Sequence record: NC_041911.1 | Direction: 5' to 3' (one strand) | Length of the DNA stretch: 64,000 nt | Shown here: positions 57,988-64,000 of the stretch, piece after piece | Layout of the letters: every line of letters begins with the position of its first letter | How positions within the stretch are numbered: the first letter of the stretch is position 1 | Position numbers and translations under genes: made by a program | Notes under the pieces: generated by a model | What the model saw: only the letters and a program-made list of their open reading frames with translations | Database searches by the model: none | What the model was told of the DNA's origin: nothing

Positions 57988-58833
57988 TTACTTGCGCTGC
58001 GCGAAGTTGATGCTGGTCTCGCACTCGGAAATGGTGTTATCCTTCCGATACGCTGTAATGTGAATCGTGAAGCCGGCTACTTCGAGAAACCGTAGGCCTT
58101 TGCAGAACACTTTCCACGTCATCTTGGGAAGACGAAACTCCTTATTCAGATTCCCCCGGATACTCTGTCGTTTATCCACCGTCAGTTGGCGATGCCCCTC
58201 CGTCCTTTCGATGAATGCGTCGAGCATGTCGCTCCATTGGTTTTGTGAGAAACCTTTCCCTTCAGTGACGCTCAGACTGATGAGATTAAAGAGCTTGGCC
58301 AGCACACCACTCGCCCCATTCGCATAGGTACGGTGGAAGGGCCGTCGGCCTTTGGTGTCGTTGCGTTGCACGGCTGGCGGGCATGGAAGTTCCTTGGGGA
58401 ACAGATGCTCGAACTTGCTGTTGGGCACAAAGCTAATGCTCGTGTAGGCATTGAACTCGCGACCATCCACCAAATCACCGTACACCGAAACAGTGAATGC
58501 TTCGAACTGAAGAAACTTCATGCCTTTCAGCGTAAAGACGTTCCACGTCATGCTGGGTCGGCGAAGCTCTTTGTTCACGTTTCCGCGGATGCTGGAGCGA
58601 TCCAGCGTTGCGTTGCTCTCGATTACTCCGCGGATATAATCGATCATCAGTTTATTCCACTGGATAGGAGAGATCCCACGACCTCCAGTGACATCTAAAC
58701 AGATGATATTGAACAGGCGAGTCAACACCCCTTCAATACCGCCAGAGATTCGGAATCCCTGTGTTATTTGCTTGTCGCTCAAAGGCATGCCGGGCGCTAT
58801 GACCGACCGCTTATCGCGTTGCTTAGTTTCCAT
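57988..58833 (-). CDS. Hypothetical protein with an internal tandem domain duplication
   Basis: Two copies of GVL.+LFN+I.L.VT.G+G.S..QW...SIRGN+NKE.R.P.MTW.VF.KG++FL. Confidence 0.75.
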   Translation of the reverse strand: METKQRDKRSVIAPGMPLSDKQITQGFRISGGIEGVLTRLFNIICLDVTGGRGISPIQWNKLMIDYIRGVIESNATLDRSSIRGNVNKELRRPSMTWNVFTLKGMKFLQFEAFTVSVYGDLVDGREFNAYTSISFVPNSKFEHLFPKELPCPPAVQRNDTKGRRPFHRTYANGASGVLAKLFNLISLSVTEGKGFSQNQWSDMLDAFIERTEGHRQLTVDKRQSIRGNLNKEFRLPKMTWKVFCKGLRFLEVAGFTIHITAYRKDNTISECETSINFAQRK

Positions 58834-58904
58834 AGCTCTATCCTTTTATCTGGAAAAGCATGTGATTATTAGGATACGGTCTACTTCCCGTATCTAGTCT
58901 GGAG

Positions 58905-59408
58905 TTAATGACTGGCTTCCTCCACCGCTCGGCACACGTTGTGGATGCTGGCGAAGCACTTGTTCATCAGGCGAATGGAATACTCCACATTCCGGTCCTT
59001 CCGTTCCAGCCCACGCTCAATGACAGCGAACAGTCGTTGGCAGCTGTGCAGGAAAATATCAAACTCCGAAAGCGGGATGTACATGCCTTCAGTATCGGTA
59101 AAGAACTGATCCAGCGATACTGTCTTGACTTCCGCGAAGCAATCCTTCGGAGTCAGACCGTCTTGCAGTTCCAGTCGTTCCGCATACAGGTTGATGCGCT
59201 CGGTCAATGCTGACACGTCCACATTCACGCATTGCAGAAACACTCCAGAGGCCCGGATCGGATTGAAAGGACGGGAGCCAGCTTCCCGTGCAGCAATCTT
59301 TTCCACGTACAGGCGAGCCTGTTCGTGTTTGGGTAGATTGCTTACACTGTCCTGTTCGTCGTTTGTGCTAGCTTTTGCCATAAAGCTGCTAAGGAGTTTT
59401 CTAAGCAC
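58905..59408 (-). CDS. Hypothetical protein
   Basis: 167-aa ORF with GTG start after AAGGA. Confidence 0.6.
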   Translation of the reverse strand: MLRKLLSSFMAKASTNDEQDSVSNLPKHEQARLYVEKIAAREAGSRPFNPIRASGVFLQCVNVDVSALTERINLYAERLELQDGLTPKDCFAEVKTVSLDQFFTDTEGMYIPLSEFDIFLHSCQRLFAVIERGLERKDRNVEYSIRLMNKCFASIHNVCRAVEEASH

Positions 59409-59504
59409 GGGTTAGTCCTTATTGTTGAGAGAGAATGAGAGATGGGTCTGATGCATCTAGCGCTGGCTATATGCAAAAGATAACAGGGGTTGGGTAAATT
59501 TCAG

Positions 59505-59939
59505 CTAGTGCATTTTGTCCGAGGGCGAGAGAGGGATGTGGGCAGTGTTGAACGTCGTGTAACCGTCATCCGTATAGTTCATTGCTAAACCACCATAGTA
59601 GGTTACACTTTCCTGCATGGTGTTCTTTTCTTGGTTTTCCGCAGCGATCAATCTACCTTCAGCGTGCAATCGAGCGAACCCAACATTGAAGTGATGGTTG
59701 ATCAGCAGCCGCATCTTTTCCGGATTATCCGGTTCGAATACTTCGTTGGTCTTGGCCTTAGCTTCTTTGATCAGTTCCTTGAATGCAGTCGAAGGCACCA
59801 TGAAGTTGTACATGGGAAACAGGACTACGGAATGAATGGACTCTCCGTCATCCTGCGGAATAACCCGCACGAACTCTATCAAGTTCACTGGGAGTTGATC
59901 GGCGTTTGACATTGTTGTTTGATATCCTTTGAAAGACAC
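59505..59939 (-). CDS. Hypothetical protein
   Basis: 144-aa ORF after AAGGAG and an ATATTAC motif. Confidence 0.6.
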   Translation of the reverse strand: MSFKGYQTTMSNADQLPVNLIEFVRVIPQDDGESIHSVVLFPMYNFMVPSTAFKELIKEAKAKTNEVFEPDNPEKMRLLINHHFNVGFARLHAEGRLIAAENQEKNTMQESVTYYGGLAMNYTDDGYTTFNTAHIPLSPSDKMH

Positions 59940-59973
59940 TCTCCTTAAGACAGAACAGCCTGTCTTCCGAGTA

Positions 59974-60000
59974 GTAATATGTGCTTAACCGTTTTTTGAA
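59974..60000 (-). promoter_or_regulatory. Putative early promoter
   Basis: Minus strand reads TTCAAAAAACGGTTAAGCAC-ATATTAC, about 35 nt upstream of the start. Confidence 0.5.
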
Positions 60001-60014
60001 ATAGAGGTGACGCT

Positions 60015-60533
60015 ATGAGCGAAGTAACTCAAGTGCCCGCAGCGGCACAATCGGGGGGAATGCCCCCGATGTCCGATGATGATGTATTAGCCTTTACGCG
60101 GGGCGTCCGCGTAAAGGTCGTCAAACAACTGGTAACTGAAGTCGGTTGCAGCTCCGACAACTCCGATCGCAACCTGCTGGTTAACATGCTGAACGGTCTG
60201 GACAACCAAGCAATCAACAGCAAGAAGATTGCCGCCGACCAGAAAAACAACGACAACATGGCCGCAGTCGTGGCGGAGATGCTGCGTACTGTCAACAAGC
60301 AGACGGCTTTCACCATTCCTACGAACGGCGAAGTCATCGACGTCGATGTATCGACTCGTGTCGTTGGTCACGAAGTCGCCGACATTCCGGCACTGCCTGG
60401 CGAGATGGACGTATCCCCTCCCCAGTTGGACTATGCTACCTTCGTGCGTTCGCAAGGTAAGGACATTGACCAACTCGGGAAGAACGTCAAGCACGACGAG
60501 GCAGCCGTAGATCCCGACGACGATTTGCCTTAA
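60015..60533 (+). CDS. Hypothetical protein
   Basis: 172-aa ORF with GAGGTG RBS, the only plus-strand gene in this block. Confidence 0.7.
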   Translation: MSEVTQVPAAAQSGGMPPMSDDDVLAFTRGVRVKVVKQLVTEVGCSSDNSDRNLLVNMLNGLDNQAINSKKIAADQKNNDNMAAVVAEMLRTVNKQTAFTIPTNGEVIDVDVSTRVVGHEVADIPALPGEMDVSPPQLDYATFVRSQGKDIDQLGKNVKHDEAAVDPDDDLP

Positions 60534-61501
60534 AGCAGTTCAAACGCTTCAGTCAGATCCACATCAGGCAAGGGAGTTTCTCGGATACGTTCTGCCTTCG
60601 GGTAGTTCGTATCCAGAAACTCTTCTATGTCGTTTTGGGTCACAGCGACACGACTAGCCACTTCGGCAGCATTCTCTTTCCTGATGGCCTCGTGGATCGA
60701 GAACAGCGAAACCGGCATGTGCTTCAGGCGGAACAACCGAGCACAGATTGCTTCAGTCATCTTGAACGGACTCTGCTTCTTCAGATCCAGTCTGTCGATG
60801 TCATCCATCGTCGGCACCGAATCGTAGAAGATCTCCGGCACTACGATGGTCATGCCCGGGATACCGTTCTCTTCGAAGAACGCCTTGTGCTTATCGCACC
60901 AGTCGATCCAGTTGTACCGGATCATGATCTGGAAGTTCTTGTTGCAGAACTCAGGCGTCAGGTCCTCGTTAGGAATCGACACGATGCGCACGCTGGATGT
61001 CGAGTAGGTATGGAAACGGATGCAGCCAATCAGCATCTCCACCAGCTCAGCGTCTTTGAAGTCGTACGGCCACACGTTCACCGTGAAGCACATCTTCTCC
61101 ACTTTCTGCTGCACCACCGCCTGCAACAGACTGTCCTTGATCAGTCGGCGTAAGAAGTACACCAGATTGGTCAGTACAGACTGCTTCAGCGTGTCGATGT
61201 TCCGCTTGGCGTAAGCCTCACGAAACACCTGCTTAGGAACGTCGTCAAACTCATCGATCATCCGCTTATGATAGCGGCCGGAGTTGAGTGCTGACACGGC
61301 ATGTTCCGTACCCATTTGTGCCAGCGTGCCCAGACGGGTGTCCAGAATGGTGTCCAGATCGAAATAGATGTTCTCGGTATCAGCAGGATGGTCACCAGCC
61401 TCACCGAGAATCATGCTAGTCATGCCCGTCGTGTTGTCGACAGCTGCTTCAGCCGTGGGCTGCGGCGTTGACTCGACGGTTGAATGCGCGGAGTTCGTCA
61501 T
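60530..61501 (-). CDS. Conserved hypothetical protein (weak HAD motif-I resemblance)
   Basis: IYFDLDTILDTRLG near the N-terminus. The start may lie downstream of 61501. Confidence 0.65.
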   Translation of the reverse strand: MTNSAHSTVESTPQPTAEAAVDNTTGMTSMILGEAGDHPADTENIYFDLDTILDTRLGTLAQMGTEHAVSALNSGRYHKRMIDEFDDVPKQVFREAYAKRNIDTLKQSVLTNLVYFLRRLIKDSLLQAVVQQKVEKMCFTVNVWPYDFKDAELVEMLIGCIRFHTYSTSSVRIVSIPNEDLTPEFCNKNFQIMIRYNWIDWCDKHKAFFEENGIPGMTIVVPEIFYDSVPTMDDIDRLDLKKQSPFKMTEAICARLFRLKHMPVSLFSIHEAIRKENAAEVASRVAVTQNDIEEFLDTNYPKAERIRETPLPDVDLTEAFELL

Positions 61502-62099
61502 AGGTGTAAGTCCTACCCCACAGGGCGATAAAGATGAACATGATGAGCCAGTTGTTTGCCAGCAGCAGATCCCTCATGTTTTCTGGCGTGAACATGCGCT
61601 CGGTAAGTTCGGCCGGCACCAGACACAGATCCTTCTTGACATCCTTGCCGCCAGTTACCGCACAGGTCAAGGATTCAGCGATGTTGCTGATCAGTTCCGT
61701 CCAGAAAGCCTGGAACTCACCAAACTGAGAGAAGAACTGCACTTGCAACGTGAACAGGAACTCGCGCAACACAGCGTCCTGGTTGTAGAACACCATGTTC
61801 GTAACGTAGTCGATGCCCTGCTGCGTACCGAGCGATTCCATCGCTACATTGCACACCTGCTTGAGCATGATGTCGACCGCAGCATACGTGTCGCGATAGA
61901 CCCACACCGTGCGGTTCAGCGCATGGACAAAGATCTGTTCAGCTGCCAAAGCGAAGTTCTGCTTGTTGGAGAACGCGACTTGCATCCCTCTCGGCATCTC
62001 CGGCTTCAGCAACGAAGTCAGGCCTGGAGTGTGCAGGGGATTTTTCTTTTCTTCCGGCATAACGGGAGCTGCACCGGGAGTAGTTTGTTGTTCGCTCAT
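61449..62099 (-). CDS. Hypothetical protein
   Basis: 216-aa ORF with biased codons whose start overlaps the endonuclease stop. Confidence 0.7.
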   Translation of the reverse strand: MSEQQTTPGAAPVMPEEKKNPLHTPGLTSLLKPEMPRGMQVAFSNKQNFALAAEQIFVHALNRTVWVYRDTYAAVDIMLKQVCNVAMESLGTQQGIDYVTNMVFYNQDAVLREFLFTLQVQFFSQFGEFQAFWTELISNIAESLTCAVTGGKDVKKDLCLVPAELTERMFTPENMRDLLLANNWLIMFIFIALWGRTYTYDELRAFNRRVNAAAHG

Positions 62100-62953
62100 G
62101 ATTGGATATATTTCCAGTCTAGGTTTTTGGTGCTCGCAATTCTTCCTAGAGCACCTTGTTTAGTAATACCGTGGGCTTTCGCAGCAGCAGTCAAAGACGG
62201 ATAAACAACCCCGTTAACTTCGACCTGTTTTCGAACTGCAATATTCTCACGACCAATGCGCGCTTGCCGCTGGCGTTCACGATATTCGGGGTCTTGCCAC
62301 TTCTCAGAGATCTTCTGACTGTTCTGTGCACAGAACTCCTCGCTACGCTTCTGACCTTTGGTAGAAGATCCTCCATCGCGTTCATAACGGGCACGCTGAC
62401 CAACGCTCAAACTTTCTCGATGAGCTGCCCTTGCTTCATCAGACATAGCTGTTTTACCAGCGTTTTGCGCCGTTACAGTTCTCTCACGATATTCCGGATC
62501 TTGCCATCTGGCCTTAGCTGCTTGAGACGCTTGTTCTCGTTTGACCGGATCTTGCCATTGGATTGCGGCAGCCTGACGATTCTTTTCGATGGTCTCATCG
62601 CTGACTTTGATACCAGTCCGCGGAGCTTCAACGTCCTTTGCAAGATTGAGTAGCAAGGGATTACCCCAGTTTTCATGGATGTCAGTCTGTTCGATTACCA
62701 AAGCTGTTTCACGAGCTTCCGCGACGGTATTGCCTTCGACAGGAACAGCTATGAAATCAAAATTCGGATCTCGATTGAAAGCTTGCTGCAGCTTATGGTT
62801 CCAGTGTTGATTTCCTTCAAGAAGTCGCGAATGGACTTTGAGACGATCTCCCAAAACACCACTCCCGAAGTAGGTTTCATCGGTGCTTCGATTATGGATC
62901 ATGTAAACACCGATTTTCTTTTTATCATCAGGACATAGATTTGATTTCACCAC
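62096..62953 (-). mobile_element. Free-standing GIY-YIG homing endonuclease with NUMOD-type DNA-binding repeats
   Basis: GVYMIHN...YFGSG...RLKVH catalytic module, NUMOD3-like GQKRSEEFCAQNS and a C-terminal VNGVVYPSLTAAAKAHGI. Visibly more AT-rich than the core genes. Confidence 0.85.
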
Positions 62954-63017
62954 TGGCTCCTTGTGTAAAATACTTCTCTACACTATGGAGCCAGGTTATT
63001 GGTGAAATGCATAAATG

Positions 63018-63692
63018 TCAGATGCCGGAATTCGAAATGTGCATGGCCGTCAGTAGCGTCGAGAGCGACTGGACAGCCTTGACCTTCGTACCGAGAGCGC
63101 CCACTGCGTTGAGTGAGACACCGCCGGTATTAGCGATCATGTTGTTCATGGCGTTGAACCCTTGCAGGTCACCACCGCGGAATTTGAAGAACTCGGCGAT
63201 CGTTTCGTCGAAACCACCCAGTGCTGCCAGAATCTGCAGCTCGGGCCAAGAGATCTTCGAGCCCTTGGACTTACCAGTCGGCTGACCAGTAAAGGTGTCA
63301 ATGGAACGGTTGTCTTCAGGAATCGAGATCTTCTTGATCAGGAACTGCGCTTGTCGCTTGAGCGGCAGATCCACGATCAGGTACTTGTCGTTGGACAGGT
63401 AAGCCGGAGAACCGTTCTGCGGGTCCATCCAGATGGATTCGAAGAAGTTGTGTCCCCACTTCTCAGCCACGTCGAGGTTGCGCTCTACGTCCAGCGTAAT
63501 GGAGCCCAGTTCCGGAACAATCAGCGCCAGCTGGCGCGCACCGGATTCCAGATCCAAGATCCATTGGTCAAACTCTTTGTCAGGCATCCCTTTAAAGATG
63601 TCCTGATAAATCTTGGTGTTTTCACTGCCGGGGAGAATGGCTTCGATACAGCTGATCAGCTCAGTCTCCGCGGCTTTACGGTTGCCGTGCAT
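63018..63692 (-). CDS. Virion RNA polymerase beta subunit, C-terminal part (phiKZ gp149-like)
   Basis: LPLKRQAQFLIKKISIP...TGQPTGKSKGSKISWPELQILAA...KFRGGD matches beta C-terminal motifs. Confidence 0.8.
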   Translation of the reverse strand: MHGNRKAAETELISCIEAILPGSENTKIYQDIFKGMPDKEFDQWILDLESGARQLALIVPELGSITLDVERNLDVAEKWGHNFFESIWMDPQNGSPAYLSNDKYLIVDLPLKRQAQFLIKKISIPEDNRSIDTFTGQPTGKSKGSKISWPELQILAALGGFDETIAEFFKFRGGDLQGFNAMNNMIANTGGVSLNAVGALGTKVKAVQSLSTLLTAMHISNSGI

Positions 63693-63710
63693 GTCTTTTC
63701 CCTAATCGAA

Positions 63711-64000
63711 CTATTGACGAGCCGCGAATTTCTTCTCACGCTTTCGGCGTTGGTAATCGATCCACCACTCGTCTGGTTTAACTGACACAAGAAAGACGTT
63801 GTTAATACCCATCTTTATCGTGTTGTCGATCATCTCCTTGGTGCCTTTGGATTCTCCATCCCAAAACACCAACAAGTGCGTGAGAACATTACGCATCTCA
63901 GCATTGCGGATGTGTCCGGCAGCTTTACCAAGTTCATCCCAGTTAGCCGGGAACTTGAAGCATGGCTCACCGTTCTCTTCCGCCCAATCGACGATCATAC
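63711..64000 (-). CDS. SLOG-family (YspA/DUF2493-like) protein, 5-prime end outside the window
   Basis: FPANWDELGKAAGHIRNAEM...LLVFWDGESKGTKEMID. Confidence 0.8.
   Translation of the reverse strand, partial: MIVDWAEENGEPCFKFPANWDELGKAAGHIRNAEMRNVLTHLLVFWDGESKGTKEMIDNTIKMGINNVFLVSVKPDEWWIDYQRRKREKKFAARQ

Noticed and set aside
62096-63692. Possible group I intron carrying the GIY-YIG gene and splitting the RNAP subunit
   Set aside because: The beta-C ORF ends with a plausible native C-terminus, the flanks are too short for an intron core, and the downstream gene has its own start.
1-64000. CRISPR array, tRNA or rRNA genes
   Set aside because: No regularly spaced direct repeats, no cloverleaf with a TTCGA T-loop and matching acceptor stem, and no rRNA-like sequence were found by eye. 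tRNAscan-SE would settle the tRNA question.
1-64000. Stop-codon reassignment as in some large phages
   Set aside because: Core genes are full length under the standard code, and TAA, TAG and TGA are all used as true stops.

Overview
The window is a 64-kb slice of a phiKZ-like, nucleus-forming jumbo phage genome (Chimalliviridae-type). A betaproteobacterial host such as Ralstonia or Burkholderia is an inference only. Left arm, minus strand: HNH endonuclease, Nudix hydrolase, divergent B-family DNA polymerase subunit, a two-module head protein, a run of unknown genes and the phage tubulin PhuZ. Middle: accessory unknowns, a probable decayed gene, terminase large subunit, baseplate-type structural genes, tail sheath and tail tube, a bacterial-type lipoprotein, a DUF1281 protein, the prohead protease and two virion RNA polymerase subunits. 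Right arm: a 2,500-aa tape-measure/lysin protein, a tail protein, RyR-domain, NADAR-like and SLOG proteins, a free-standing GIY-YIG endonuclease and the virion RNAP beta C-terminal subunit. I saw no tRNA, rRNA or CRISPR array. The most unusual signals are: (i) a ParB/Srx-like domain fused behind putative prohead-protease sites on the virion RNAP beta-prime subunit, plus a second head protein built like a protease-cut polyprotein; (ii) a dispersed set of ADP-ribose/NAD-handling candidates; (iii) a tape measure carrying both a transglycosylase and an L,D-transpeptidase-like domain; (iv) about 20 hairpins flanked by a conserved TTATGCCG motif; (v) several strand-specific structured RNA candidates; (vi) an early-promoter-linked lipoprotein. 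All family assignments come from motif recognition and recalled synteny, not from database searches.
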